Part shown: positions 18,847 through 29,442 of the stretch, in pieces
Layout: every line of letters starts with the position of its first letter
Numbering within the stretch: position 1 is the first letter of the stretch
Source: an uncultured bacterium
Lineage (GTDB): Bacteria > Nitrospirota > JACRHL01
NCBI GenBank assembly: GCA_965371175.1
Contig: CBDUXI010000006.1
Coordinates: 13,973 to 77,972, forward strand
Reading direction: 5' to 3'
Length of the DNA stretch: 64,000 nt
The notes under the pieces: generated by a model
The model's database searches: none
Told to the model about the DNA's origin: nothing
Seen by the model: only the letters and a program-made list of their open reading frames with translations
Position numbers and translations under genes: made by a program

Positions 18847-20139
18847 TCAGCGTTTGTCTATCGGCTGGTAGTCCCGGGCGGTGGGGCCGGTATATAGCTG
18901 GCGCGGGCGGCCGATGACCGAATCCGGCTCGTTGATCATCTCCATCCAGTGGGAAATCCACCCCACCGTGCGCCCCAGGGCGAACATGACGGTGAACATG
19001 TTGATGGGGATGCCGATGGCCTTGAGAATGATGCCGGAGTAAAAATCCACGTTGGGGTACAGCTTGCGGCTGATGAAATACTCCTCCTTGAGGGCTTTTT
19101 CTTCCAGACGCATGGCCAGCTCCAGTTGTGGATCGTCAATGCCCAGGGCGTCCAGCACCTTGTGGCAGGCTTCGCGGATGATGGTGGCCCGGGGGTCGTG
19201 GTTTTTGTATACCCGGTGGCCGAAGCCCATGAGCCGGAACGGATCGTCCGGGTCTTCGGCGCGGTCGATGACGCCATCGACGTTTTCGATCCCGTCGATC
19301 TGGTCGAGCATGGCCAGCACGGCTTCGTTTGCGCCGCCGTGGGCAGGCCCCCACAGGGTGCCGATACCTGCCGAGATGCAGGCAAACGGATTGGCGCCGG
19401 AAGAGCCCGCCAGACGCACGGTGCTGGTGGAGGCGTTCTGTTCGTGGTCGGCATGCAAAATAAAAATCTGGTCCAGGGCTTTCGCCACCACCGGGTTGAT
19501 CTCGTATTCCTCGGCGGGTACCCCGAACATCATACGCAGGAAATTTTCGGCGTATCCCAGGCTGTTGTCCGGGTACAAAAACGGCTGACCTTGAGAAAAC
19601 TTGTAGCTCCACGCGGCGATGGTGGGCATCTTGGCGATCAGCCGGTGGGCCGAAATTTCCCGGTGTTCGGGGTTATGGATGTCCAGCGAGTCGTGATAGA
19701 AGGCCGAAAGCGCGCCCACCACGCCCACCATGGTGGCCATGGGGTGAGCATCCCGGCGGAAGCCGTTATAAAAATTTTTGAGCCCCTCGTGGATCATGGT
19801 GTGCTGGGTGATGTTCGTACGGAACTCCGTGAACTGGTCCTCGGTGGGCAACTCGCCGTACAGCAGCAGGTAGCACACTTCCAGATGGGAGCTGTGCGCG
19901 GCCAGTTGCTCAATCGGGTAGCCCCGATACATGAGGATGCCCTTTTCGCCGTCGATGAAGGTGATCTTGCTTTCGCAACTGGCGGTGGAAAGGAACCCGG
20001 GGTCGTAGGTAAAGTGCCCGGTCTGGCTGTACAGCTTGCGGATATCGATGACCCGTGGACCCACGGAGGCATCGTAGATCGGCAATTCCACGGGCTTGCC
20101 GCCCTTGTCGATGGACAGGCTGGCGTGTTCGTCGCTCAT
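18847..20139 (-). CDS. gltA: Citrate synthase (type II, Gram-negative hexameric type)
   Basis: '[50 protein letters not shown]' is canonical GltA. Start taken at 'MSDEHASL' (AAGGAAGGG RBS). The ORF extends to 20232. Confidence 0.93.
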   Translation of the reverse strand: MSDEHASLSIDKGGKPVELPIYDASVGPRVIDIRKLYSQTGHFTYDPGFLSTASCESKITFIDGEKGILMYRGYPIEQLAAHSSHLEVCYLLLYGELPTEDQFTEFRTNITQHTMIHEGLKNFYNGFRRDAHPMATMVGVVGALSAFYHDSLDIHNPEHREISAHRLIAKMPTIAAWSYKFSQGQPFLYPDNSLGYAENFLRMMFGVPAEEYEINPVVAKALDQIFILHADHEQNASTSTVRLAGSSGANPFACISAGIGTLWGPAHGGANEAVLAMLDQIDGIENVDGVIDRAEDPDDPFRLMGFGHRVYKNHDPRATIIREACHKVLDALGIDDPQLELAMRLEEKALKEEYFISRKLYPNVDFYSGIILKAIGIPINMFTVMFALGRTVGWISHWMEMINEPDSVIGRPRQLYTGPTARDYQPIDKR

Positions 20140-20405
20140 GGAAACCCTTCCTTGGAGATCAGTGTTTTCACCGAAGGTCGCCGTCATGGCACCCCTTTGC
20201 CCGGCATATCCTTCTTCGGCCTTATCGACCATCCGGGAGTGGACGATGAGGGTTTTTCCTTAAGAAGTGATGGTTTATCTTGCCCCATTTTCATAGCGAG
20301 CGCCATTCGCTGAACCCGCACGGCGGGTTTTCCTGCAATTGCCCCTTTCCCCGGCACGGGTAGAGACGGTATCCTGACTCTTTTGCCCACACTCTCTTTA
20401 AGGGG

Positions 20406-23400
20406 GTGGGGGCCGCAACTGGTGACCCCCTTTTCGTGCTCGATCCCAAAAACAGATTTCGACTTCGTTCCCTGCTGGCCCACTTTGGCGAAGCGCACCT
20501 GGCCCGTGGCCGCCGCCTGATGGACCGTAAAGCCGTAAGCTACGGGGAGTGGGAGGCCGACGGTGTACTGGTCTGTCAGGTCAAGGCGAAACAGACGCAC
20601 ACGGTGCGGGTGCGCCCGGCGGTGGGTCTGGATGCCGAGTGCGACTGCGGGCAGAAGAAGGTTTGCGCCCACCGGGCGGCGGTTTGCCTGTCTCTGGCCG
20701 TACGCCCGGCGGGTTCGCCGGAAGGTCCGGGCGCCCGGACCGGGCGCCAGGTTTCGTGGCAACTGGCCCTGCACCGGGCCGTGGAGCAGGCCGAGCGCCC
20801 GGTCGAGCCGGCACCTGAGGCCGTGCGCCTGATTTTCCGGCTGGAAATTGCACCGGACGGCACACCGATCATTGAAACCCACAAGGCCCAGCCGGGACCC
20901 AACGGCCCGGTGGGCGAGTCGGTGTTTGGCCTGGCCGGAAGCTGGGGCCACGACCCGCTGGAGCCAAAAGAAAAATTTTTGACTCTCGCCGACGTGGCCC
21001 TGTGCCGCATCCTCAGGCAGTACCCGGTTGACGGGCACAAAAAGGGCACCCGCACCGGCGGCGGATTCCGCTTTCAGCCGCCCATGGCCGCGCGCTACGG
21101 CGTGTTGATGGCGCTTATGCGGGGTGGACGCCTGTACGAGAAGGGCGGCACCCAGCCGCTGATGGCGGGCCCCTCCCGGCAGGTGACGCCGGTGGTGGAA
21201 GACGTCTTGCCGGATGAGACGCCAGCGGACGGCTGGATGCTCAAACTGTCCGGCGTGAGCGTGGGGACGACCGTTATTGCCGGGGAGCCGCCGCTCTATA
21301 TAGAAGGGCATACGATCGGGTCGCTGATGACGCCGTTGCCGGGATCTCTGGCGGCGCTGCTGACCACGCAGCCGGTGCATATTCCCGCCGGGGACCGGGC
21401 CGAATTTTTAACTTACTGGGTGCCGCGCCTTTCGGCTTACTCGCAGGTTTCCCTGCCGCCGGGGCTGGCCCCGCGGCGTGTTAAAGGGGTCAAGCCGACC
21501 CCGCGCATCACCCTGAGAGACGATGTGGGCGAACTCACCCTGGAGCCTGAATTTGTGTATGGCGAGGCCCCGCCGGTGGCGGCATTGAGCACGCTGGAGC
21601 CGATGGCGCACCGGGAGGATGAGGCGGTGGCCTACGTGCGCGATGCCACCGCCGAGGCGCTCTACATTGCCCGGCTGCTGACCCCGAAAACCGAAGGGCT
21701 GGAAAAACCGTCGGCCACCGGGCCGGGACGATGGGCGTATAAAGGGGACAACGCATACGACTTTTTGCTGACGGAGTTGCCCCAGCTTGCCGCAGAAGGG
21801 TGGGAAGCGTTTGGCGAGGCATCGCTGACCGACCACCGCATTTATCGGGGCAAAAGCCGCATGACCGGCCGTATCCGCTCCGGTATCGACTGGTTTGACC
21901 TGAAGATGGAGGCCGATTTCGACGGCGCGCGCATGGCCCCGGAAAAACTGCTCGCGGCCTGGGAGGCCGGTCGCCGTTTTGTGCGGCTGCCGGACGGCCA
22001 GGTGGCGCGTATTCCGGATTGGGTGCGGGACCGGGCGCAGGCGCTGGAAGAGGCGGGTCTGAGCAAAAAGGAAGAGGCGCGCCTGTCTGCGTTTCAGGTG
22101 CCGCTGCTGCTGGAGTTGACGGCTGGCGTAGCGCTGGATGCCGATGCCGATTTCCGCAAGGCGGCGGAAAAACTACAGAGGTTTGACGGCATTGCCGCCG
22201 TGGCCCCGCCAGCCGGACTAAAAGCCACCCTGCGCCCGTATCAAAAAGACGGGCTGGCGTGGCTGGAATTTTTGCGCGAGTACGGCTTCCACGGCATTCT
22301 GGCCGACGACATGGGGCTGGGAAAAACCATTCAGGTGCTGGCGCTGCTGTTACTGGAAAAACAGCGGGGCCATCTGGATAAGCCCAGCCTGGTGGTGGTG
22401 CCGACCAGTCTCATCTTCAACTGGGCCCACGAGATCAAGCGGTTTGCACCGGACCTTACCGTCACCACCTGGCACGGCCCGGACCGGTTCCGGGGGCAGG
22501 CGAAGCTTACGGGTGTGGATATCGTGCTGACCAACTACGCCCTGGTGCGGCAGGATCTGGCCCGCTTCGAAAAAATGGATTTTCACTATCTGGTGCTGGA
22601 TGAGGCCCAATACGTTAAGAATCCGGACTCCCAGGTGAGCCACGCGGTGCGTCAGTTGATCGCCCGGCACCGGTTGTCCCTCACCGGTACGCCACTGGAA
22701 AATCATCTGGGAGAGTTGTGGAGCCAGTTTGCCTATCTGATGCCGGGTTTTCTGGGCACCTCCATCCAGTTCCGGCGGCGTTTCGGCGCGCCGATTGAAC
22801 GGGGCGAAGACGATGCGGCGCGGAAACTGCTGGGCCGGGTGCGTCCGTTTATTTTGCGGCGCACCAAGGATCAGGTGGCCACGGAACTGCCGGAACGGGT
22901 GGAAACCACCCTGCTGTGCCGACTGGAAGGGGAACAGCGGGAGTTGTACGAACAGATTCGTGATCTGTACCGCACACAGGTGGCAAAAAGCATCCAGAGC
23001 AAGGGGTTGTCCCGCAGCCGGATTACCATTCTGGACGCGCTGCTCAAGCTCCGGCAGGTCTGTTGCGATCCGGCCCTGCTGCCTGCGGGGCTGGCCGGAG
23101 AGGTTACCCGGTCGGCAAAAATGGAACTGTTCGTGGAGTTTTTGACCGAGGCCCTGGAAGAGGGGCATCGGCTGCTGGTATTCAGCCAGTTCGTTTCCAT
23201 GCTCACCCGCATCCGCGGGCGGCTGGATGCGGCAGGCATTGCATATTCCTATCTGGACGGCCGCACCCGCAACCGGGAGAAAAAGGTGCGCGATTTTCAG
23301 GAAAACCCGGACATCCCGGTGTTTCTGATCAGCCTGAAGGCCGGGGGCACCGGGCTGAACCTGACCGGGGCCGACTATGTGGTGCACTTTGATCCGTGGT

Positions 23401-23630
23401 GGAACCCGGCGGTGGAACAACAGGCCACGGACCGGGCGCACCGGATTGGCCAGACTCGCAAGGTGTTTTCGTACAAGCTGATCGCCGAGGATACGGTGGA
23501 AGAAAAGATCGTTGCCTTGCAGGAAAAAAAGCGTTCCCTGTCCAACCTGTTGATGGGGGGCGAAAAGGAACTGGTGGCCGACCTGTCACTGGACGATCTG
23601 GAGCGTATTTTTGGCGATCTGGACCTGTAA
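20406..23630 (+). CDS. SNF2-family helicase with N-terminal SWIM zinc finger
   Basis: SWIM-like 'CDCGQKKVCAHRAAVCL'. SNF2 motifs include 'LADDMGLGKT', 'DEAQYVKN' and helicase-C 'LKAGGTGLNLTGADYVVHFDPWWNPAVEQQATDRAHRIGQ'. GTG start. Confidence 0.85.
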   Translation: MGAATGDPLFVLDPKNRFRLRSLLAHFGEAHLARGRRLMDRKAVSYGEWEADGVLVCQVKAKQTHTVRVRPAVGLDAECDCGQKKVCAHRAAVCLSLAVRPAGSPEGPGARTGRQVSWQLALHRAVEQAERPVEPAPEAVRLIFRLEIAPDGTPIIETHKAQPGPNGPVGESVFGLAGSWGHDPLEPKEKFLTLADVALCRILRQYPVDGHKKGTRTGGGFRFQPPMAARYGVLMALMRGGRLYEKGGTQPLMAGPSRQVTPVVEDVLPDETPADGWMLKLSGVSVGTTVIAGEPPLYIEGHTIGSLMTPLPGSLAALLTTQPVHIPAGDRAEFLTYWVPRLSAYSQVSLPPGLAPRRVKGVKPTPRITLRDDVGELTLEPEFVYGEAPPVAALSTLEPMAHREDEAVAYVRDATAEALYIARLLTPKTEGLEKPSATGPGRWAYKGDNAYDFLLTELPQLAAEGWEAFGEASLTDHRIYRGKSRMTGRIRSGIDWFDLKMEADFDGARMAPEKLLAAWEAGRRFVRLPDGQVARIPDWVRDRAQALEEAGLSKKEEARLSAFQVPLLLELTAGVALDADADFRKAAEKLQRFDGIAAVAPPAGLKATLRPYQKDGLAWLEFLREYGFHGILADDMGLGKTIQVLALLLLEKQRGHLDKPSLVVVPTSLIFNWAHEIKRFAPDLTVTTWHGPDRFRGQAKLTGVDIVLTNYALVRQDLARFEKMDFHYLVLDEAQYVKNPDSQVSHAVRQLIARHRLSLTGTPLENHLGELWSQFAYLMPGFLGTSIQFRRRFGAPIERGEDDAARKLLGRVRPFILRRTKDQVATELPERVETTLLCRLEGEQRELYEQIRDLYRTQVAKSIQSKGLSRSRITILDALLKLRQVCCDPALLPAGLAGEVTRSAKMELFVEFLTEALEEGHRLLVFSQFVSMLTRIRGRLDAAGIAYSYLDGRTRNREKKVRDFQENPDIPVFLISLKAGGTGLNLTGADYVVHFDPWWNPAVEQQATDRAHRIGQTRKVFSYKLIAEDTVEEKIVALQEKKRSLSNLLMGGEKELVADLSLDDLERIFGDLDL

Positions 23631-23847
23631 ACCGGTCACCAAGCCTTTACAGAACAGGTGATTCCGGGCTACCTTGTTTCATACAAGGGGATGCAACACA
23701 TTAAAGGGTCCGGAGCGGGTATTGGGCAATGCCTTGTTCCGGCTCAGTGCCGGTGGTAAGCGGGGAACTGCCGGCAGGAGGGCGCGGTCGTATGCAGGTT
23801 TCCTGTGTCTGCCGCCTTCCGTCTGGTCTTTGTACCGGGAGGGTGGC

Positions 23848-26355
23848 ATGATCGATAAAGGCTTTCTTGATCGGGCCAAGCTGCCGGTACGGATTATCAT
23901 CCCGCTGGTGCTGCTGGTGTTTTCCGGGCTGCTCGCCTTATACCTGTTTCAGTACAACACAAAACACGACTATCAGCATCTGGAAGAGAGCTCCAGAAAA
24001 GAGCTGACTGCCGACATGACGCGTTTGCAGTCGGCGCTCGAATACCTGTGGCAGAACGGTCACATGGAACGCATGCATAATGTGGTGGCCGAACAGTACG
24101 CAGACCCGGTGGTGCTGTCCGCCTACCTGATCGACAACTGGGGCAGCATCCGGGCCGGGCTGGACGAGACCCGCCCGGAGAGCGAATGGGCCACGGTGCT
24201 GCTGGCAAAAAGCCCGGTTGAACGCAACCGGCGGACGCTGATTATCGATGAGATACTGACCACCGGTCAGGGGGCGGTATACCTGAGTGACGACGGCACC
24301 CGGGTGGTCGGGCTGTATGCAATTCGGCTTGCGCCTGTTCCGGTCGATGATGCGCTCCAGACGGGCATTTTGTTTATGGAGCGGGACCTCACGGCTGCCA
24401 AGCAGGCGGCCCGGAGCGAGGTCATCCGGCAGGTGGCGCAGCCGAGTGTGTCGATTGCGGTGCTGGCGGCTCTGATGTGGCTGTTCTTTCACCTGGCCTT
24501 GAACCGCCGGGTGGCGCAACTGGTGACCGCCACCGAAAGACTGGCTGCGGGGGACCTGTCCACCCGTTCCGGGGTAAGCGGTATAGACGAGGTGGGGCGG
24601 GTGGCCCAGGCGTTTGACCGCATGGCCCGCCAGTTGGAGGAAGGCCGCAGTCGCCTGACCGAAAGCGAAGCGCGGGTGGTGCTGCTTTTAGACTCGGCGG
24701 CGGAGGCCATTTTCGGCATCGATCTGGACGGCAAGTGTACGTTCAGCAACCGGTCCTGCCTGTCGCTTCTGGGATATACGGATGTAGAGGAGATGCGGGG
24801 CCAGTGCATTCACGACCTGATTCACCACAGCTATCCGGACGGAACGCCGTACCCGGTGGCGGAATGTCACATCCAGAACGCCCTGATAAGCGGGCAGGAG
24901 GTGCACGTGGATGGCGAGGTGCTATGGCGCGCCGACGGCACCTGTTTCCCGTCCGAATACTGGTCGCACCCGATCAGAAAAGAGGGGGAAATTGTCGGTT
25001 CGGTGGTGACCTTCGTCGATATCACCAAGCGCAAGCGGGCGGAAGATGACCTCACCCGTGCCAATGAGGCGCTGGAAACCCGGGTGCATGAGCGTACCGC
25101 AGCGCTGGTGTCCGCCAACCGGCAGTTGATGACCGAGGCCGGCGAGCGGGAGCGGGTGGAGCTGGCCTTGACCCAGGCCAAGGAGGAGGCCGAAACCGCC
25201 AATCAGGCCAAGAGCGAGTTTCTGTCCCGCATGAGCCACGAACTGCGTACGCCCATGAATGCCATTTTGGGGTTTGCCCAGATTCTGGAGTCCGACCCCG
25301 GCGAGCCGTTGTCGTCTTCCCAGCACGAGAGTGTGCGGGAAATTTTAAGCGCGGGCTACCACCTGCTGGAGTTGATCAATGAGGTGTTGGACCTGTCACG
25401 CATCGACGCAGGTAGGCTGGACGTGCATATGGAGCCGGTGCCGGTGGGTGCCGCCGTGGACAGCGCCATCGCCCTGATCGAGCCGATGGCCGACCGGTTT
25501 AGCGTGACCCTCGACAACCGCATCGACGTGCAGGGAACCGCGTCCATTATGGCCGATATCACCCGCCTGCGTCAGGTGTTGCTGAATCTGCTGTCCAACG
25601 CGGTCAAGTACAACACCGAAAACGGGACCGTTACCGTGACGCTGGAAGAAGCGGCTGCGGGCGCCTGGCGAATCAGCGTGACCGATACCGGACCCGGCAT
25701 CCCGGAGGCGCAACAGGCCAGGCTGTTCCAGCCGTTTACCCGGTTGTCGGACGACTATACCGCCGTGGGCGGCACCGGTATCGGGTTGACCATCACCCGG
25801 CGGCTGGTGGAGTTGATGGACGGCCACATCGGTTTTGTTTCCGCACCGGGAGACGGCACCTGTTTTTTTGTGGAGTTTGCCGCTGCCGACGCCGTCCCGC
25901 AGGCGACGCAGGCGGTGCCGGAAGTCGATATGCCGCCCCATATTCCGGAGACGTCCGAAACGGGGCACTCCGGCCTGTTTGCACGGCGCAAGGTGCTGTA
26001 TATCGAAGACAACAGCGCCAACGTGGAACTGGTGCGGCGCATTCTGGCCAGAAGAGGCGATATCGAAATGCTTTCCGCCGCCACCGCGGGCGACGGTATC
26101 GACGTGGCGATAGCGCATCGTCCGGACGTGGTGCTGGTGGATATTCACCTGCCGGACATGAGCGGCTTTCAGGTGCTCGAAAAATTGCAGGGTCGTGCAG
26201 AAACCCGGCATATGCCGGTGCTGGCCTTCAGTGGTGAAAGCCTGCCTCAGGATGTGGAGAAGGGACTGGAAGCCGGGTTCTTCCGCTACCTCACCAAACC
26301 CGCCGACATCCGCACCCTGCTTGCCGCCATCGACGAGGCCATGCCAACAAATTAA
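23848..26355 (+). CDS. Hybrid sensor histidine kinase/response regulator (TM-HAMP-PAS-HisKA-HATPase-REC)
   Basis: N-terminal TM helix and a HAMP-like region. H-box 'RMSHELRTPMNAI', G-box 'DTGPGI' and 'GGTGIGL'. C-terminal receiver 'VLVDIHLPDMSGF'. The ORF begins at 23674. Confidence 0.85.
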   Translation: MIDKGFLDRAKLPVRIIIPLVLLVFSGLLALYLFQYNTKHDYQHLEESSRKELTADMTRLQSALEYLWQNGHMERMHNVVAEQYADPVVLSAYLIDNWGSIRAGLDETRPESEWATVLLAKSPVERNRRTLIIDEILTTGQGAVYLSDDGTRVVGLYAIRLAPVPVDDALQTGILFMERDLTAAKQAARSEVIRQVAQPSVSIAVLAALMWLFFHLALNRRVAQLVTATERLAAGDLSTRSGVSGIDEVGRVAQAFDRMARQLEEGRSRLTESEARVVLLLDSAAEAIFGIDLDGKCTFSNRSCLSLLGYTDVEEMRGQCIHDLIHHSYPDGTPYPVAECHIQNALISGQEVHVDGEVLWRADGTCFPSEYWSHPIRKEGEIVGSVVTFVDITKRKRAEDDLTRANEALETRVHERTAALVSANRQLMTEAGERERVELALTQAKEEAETANQAKSEFLSRMSHELRTPMNAILGFAQILESDPGEPLSSSQHESVREILSAGYHLLELINEVLDLSRIDAGRLDVHMEPVPVGAAVDSAIALIEPMADRFSVTLDNRIDVQGTASIMADITRLRQVLLNLLSNAVKYNTENGTVTVTLEEAAAGAWRISVTDTGPGIPEAQQARLFQPFTRLSDDYTAVGGTGIGLTITRRLVELMDGHIGFVSAPGDGTCFFVEFAAADAVPQATQAVPEVDMPPHIPETSETGHSGLFARRKVLYIEDNSANVELVRRILARRGDIEMLSAATAGDGIDVAIAHRPDVVLVDIHLPDMSGFQVLEKLQGRAETRHMPVLAFSGESLPQDVEKGLEAGFFRYLTKPADIRTLLAAIDEAMPTN

Positions 26356-26366
26356 ATCGGGTTTCC

Positions 26367-27605
26367 TTACCCGCCCAGCACCAGGCGTGCCCGCTCCCAC
26401 GGAGACAGGGATTTTCCCCCCAGACCACCGATCTCTTCCGTCACCCGCAGGCGCAGTTTGGGGTTGCGGGACAGCCCTTTGAAAGCCATGTCGCGCAGGG
26501 TGGTCAGCGCCGGGTTGCTCGCGTTCCAGAACAGCACCAGTTCGTCGCCCAGCCGTTGCATGGCCATGGCCGGTGGCCGCCGTTCGGTTTCATACCGGGC
26601 CAGCACCGCCGGGGGGACGCGGCCTTTGTCCAGATGTGCCGATGCGGCGGTGGCCAGACAGAGTGCATCTTCCAGCGCCAGATTCTGTCCCTGGGCCGTG
26701 TGCGGGTTCACCCCGTGGGCGGCATCTCCCAGCAGTACGGCGCCGGGCACATACCAGCGGGATGCCATGCGCCGGACGCACGGGAAGAAGGTCAGGTCGT
26801 CCCAGTTTTTCAGTGCGCGGGCGGCGGCCAAAGCGGGCGGATGAATCTGCCCGATGCGCTCGGCCAGTTTTTTGACTCCGGCTTTTTTGGCGGCGGCCAG
26901 ATCGTCCCCCGGCAGCATGTAGAAAAAATAGAGTTGCCGGTCCGATATGGGGAACAGCCCCAGAATTTCCTTTTTGCCCATGTAATAGAACCCGTCCCGG
27001 TCGAAACCGTCCGGGCGCGGCAACAGCCCGGTGAGATACCCTTCGCCGTACGGCAGATTGCTTGCCCCCACACCCATCTCGCGCTGCACCCGTGAAGCCC
27101 GTCCGTCGGCCCCGGCCACCAGCTTCGCACGTACCGTGTGACTGATGGCCCCCGTGCGGACGTGCACTCCGGCCACATTGGCCCCCTCCCGCAGCAGCCC
27201 GGTGACGGCGGCCCCCGTATGCACGCTCACATTTGGCAGGGTGCCAATTTTTTCCAGTAGCGCCTCGCGTACATAACGTGGCTGCAACACCAGGGTAGTG
27301 GGGTGGGGGTGGCTCAACTCCCGGTAGTCAAAGCTGACCAGCTCTTTTCGGCCGATGCGGCAAAAGTGGTAGAGGTGGGTTTCCGAGTGGGGCATCAAGC
27401 GCACCAGATCCAGCACCCCCAGTTGATCCAGCACGGCCAGGCCGTTGGGCTGGATAATCTCGCCGCGCACCGGCGCTTTGGGGTCCGTGTGCTTTTCCAG
27501 CACGCATATGCGCTGGCCACTCCGGCCCAGGGCCACCGCCAGGGCAAGTCCCGCCGTGCCCGCGCCGACCACGGCCACATCGACAATTTCGGGAACGGCA
27601 GTCAC
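26367..27605 (-). CDS. FAD-dependent monooxygenase, UbiH/UbiF/Coq6 family-like
   Basis: 'VDVAVVGAGTAGLALAV' GxGxxG FAD fold and a 'GDAAH' motif. Last gene of the ubiA-ubiD-FGE operon. Confidence 0.8.
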   Translation of the reverse strand: MTAVPEIVDVAVVGAGTAGLALAVALGRSGQRICVLEKHTDPKAPVRGEIIQPNGLAVLDQLGVLDLVRLMPHSETHLYHFCRIGRKELVSFDYRELSHPHPTTLVLQPRYVREALLEKIGTLPNVSVHTGAAVTGLLREGANVAGVHVRTGAISHTVRAKLVAGADGRASRVQREMGVGASNLPYGEGYLTGLLPRPDGFDRDGFYYMGKKEILGLFPISDRQLYFFYMLPGDDLAAAKKAGVKKLAERIGQIHPPALAAARALKNWDDLTFFPCVRRMASRWYVPGAVLLGDAAHGVNPHTAQGQNLALEDALCLATAASAHLDKGRVPPAVLARYETERRPPAMAMQRLGDELVLFWNASNPALTTLRDMAFKGLSRNPKLRLRVTEEIGGLGGKSLSPWERARLVLGG

Positions 27606-27621
27606 GAAAAGAACCCCGCCC

Positions 27622-28428
27622 TTACGGGGTTTTGGCGCAGCGGAAGCCCACGTCGTTCAAGCGTCCGTCCGGGTTCAGGTAGAGGCGGAACGAGGCGCGG
27701 GAGTTGTTGGCGACGATCTCCATGAACTCCTCCCGGTTCGGGTAGTGGCCGATGCTGGCCCACGAGTTGCCCCGCAGCACCCGGAAGCGCTCGCCAAATT
27801 TTCTATCTGTGGCCTCGCTGCCCGGATAGGCCTGATACCAGTCGCCGCTCCACTCCCACACGTTGCCGATCATATCCTGCACGCCGTACTGGCTGTTGCC
27901 CTTGGGGAAGCTGCCCACCGGCGCGGTGTTGGCACGGGCCACATTGGTGACTTCCTGATCGAACACATCGCCCCACGGGTAAACACGCCCGGCATTGCCC
28001 CGTGCGGCCTTTTCCCACTGAATTTCCGTGGGCAGGGACTTGCCGCCGTTCCAGACGCAGTAGTCGGCAGCGTCGTGCCAGGTGACGTGGGTCACCGGGT
28101 GCTGCGCCAGCCCTTCCGGCGGGGTTTTATTTCTTTTCCAGTGGTCCGGCGGGCGCCGCTCGGTGGCCTGCACAAACAGGGCGTAGGCGGCGTTGGTCAC
28201 CTCGGTTTGATCAATGAAATAGGCGTCCGTGTGCACGGTGCGCTCCGGCCGCTCGTTTTCATACCACGGGACCACCAGCCCCAGGTCTTCGGCGCGACCG
28301 CCCGCGTCGGTCTGATTGGTGCCCATGACGAATGTGCCTGCGGGGATTTTGATCATTCCCTCCGGCGGCGCTTTGCAGGCGGCGCATAACAGCACGGAGA
28401 TCATCCCCAAAGTAGCGGCCAGTTTCAC
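27622..28428 (-). CDS. FGE-sulfatase (SUMF1/formylglycine-generating-enzyme family) domain lipoprotein, paralog a
   Basis: GTG start gives 'MKLAATLGMISVLLCAAC' (lipobox, AAGAGGA RBS). Motifs: 'VTNAAYALF', 'HPVTHVTWHDAADYCVWNGGKSLPTEIQWEKAARG', 'YPWGD', 'GNVWEWSGDWY', 'RVLRGNSW', 'GFRCA'. Confidence 0.8.
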   Translation of the reverse strand: MKLAATLGMISVLLCAACKAPPEGMIKIPAGTFVMGTNQTDAGGRAEDLGLVVPWYENERPERTVHTDAYFIDQTEVTNAAYALFVQATERRPPDHWKRNKTPPEGLAQHPVTHVTWHDAADYCVWNGGKSLPTEIQWEKAARGNAGRVYPWGDVFDQEVTNVARANTAPVGSFPKGNSQYGVQDMIGNVWEWSGDWYQAYPGSEATDRKFGERFRVLRGNSWASIGHYPNREEFMEIVANNSRASFRLYLNPDGRLNDVGFRCAKTP

Positions 28429-29438
28429 GATGCGTCCTCTTTTGTTGGTGCGGGCGGTGTGGCCGCGCAGCGGAAGCCGAAAGAATTGTTGCGGATTTTC
28501 GGGGTAAAGCGGCTGCGGTTGTAGCTGGGGGCAGATAAGCCGCAGCCGTACGACAGACAGTCGTACCAGGAGCCGCCCCGGAGTACCCGGTTCTTGTGCC
28601 CGTAGTGGGAGTTGGAAAACTGGTTGTCCGGGTACGGCAGGTACCAGCTGGCGGTCCATTCCCACACGTTGCCGGCCATGTCGTACAGGCCGTGGGGGCT
28701 TTTGCCGTCCTCGAACGAGCCCACCGGCAGGGTGCCGCCACCTTCCCGCTTCGATGCCCACCGTTGCGGGCTGTTGGCCTTGTCCAGGGAAAACTTGTTG
28801 CCCCATGGAAACACGAACCCTTCCGGTCCTCTCGCGGCCTTTTCCCATTCCAGTTCGGTGGGCAGGCGCTTGCCTTCCCACTGGCAGAAATCGACCGCGT
28901 CGAACCAGCTTACATAGACCACCGGATGCGCCGATTTGCCCTCCGGTATCTGCCCGCCCTTCCAGTGCCGTGGCTGCCGGTGGCCGGTGGCGTCGGTAAA
29001 TTGCCGGTAGCGGGCGTTGGTGACTTCGTACAGATCGATATAAAAGCCCTCCACGAACACCTGATGCTCCGGGGTTTCATCCAGGTTGCCCTTGCCCTCG
29101 GTAATCTCGCGCCCTTCGTTGCCGATCAGGGTTTCCCCTGCCGGGATCCGGGCCATGCGGGCGGTGTCCAGTGCTTTTGCGGGCGCGGCTTGTGCGTGAT
29201 CTTCGGCGTCGGCCACGGTAGAGAGTCCGGCTGCGTGGTCCCCGGCATGGCATTCGGCGCAGGTACCCTGAGCCATGTTCACCTGCGGGCCGGTGCCGTC
29301 CGGTCCGTGGCACCTGCCGCACGCGGAGGAGGAGACTTCGGTGAACGGTTGGGGTGCCACGGGTGCATCGTTTGCGGCCATGACCGCTACGGCTCCCAGA
29401 ATACACAGCGCCGGGATCAGCGCGAGCGCCCGGAGCAT
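28425..29438 (-). CDS. FGE-sulfatase domain protein fused to an N-terminal dihaem c-type cytochrome module, paralog b
   Basis: Signal peptide 'MLRALALIPALCILGAVAVMA'. Two CxxCH haem-binding motifs ('CGRCH', 'CAECH'), then a full FGE domain ('VTNARYRQF', 'HPVVYVSWFDAVDFCQWEGKRLPTELEWEKAARG', 'RVLRGGSW'). Its stop overlaps paralog a's GTG. Confidence 0.8.
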   Translation of the reverse strand: MLRALALIPALCILGAVAVMAANDAPVAPQPFTEVSSSACGRCHGPDGTGPQVNMAQGTCAECHAGDHAAGLSTVADAEDHAQAAPAKALDTARMARIPAGETLIGNEGREITEGKGNLDETPEHQVFVEGFYIDLYEVTNARYRQFTDATGHRQPRHWKGGQIPEGKSAHPVVYVSWFDAVDFCQWEGKRLPTELEWEKAARGPEGFVFPWGNKFSLDKANSPQRWASKREGGGTLPVGSFEDGKSPHGLYDMAGNVWEWTASWYLPYPDNQFSNSHYGHKNRVLRGGSWYDCLSYGCGLSAPSYNRSRFTPKIRNNSFGFRCAATPPAPTKEDAS

Positions 29439-29442
29439 CCGC

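Noticed and set aside
18949-23441. Long antisense ORFs opposite gltA (454 aa, +) and opposite the SNF2 helicase (398 aa and 363 aa, -)
   Set aside because: These are high-GC antisense artefacts. The sense-strand genes have unambiguous conserved motifs.
25396-26400. 334-aa minus-strand ORF inside the histidine-kinase gene
   Set aside because: Antisense to the well-supported HATPase/REC domains. No RBS or motif support.
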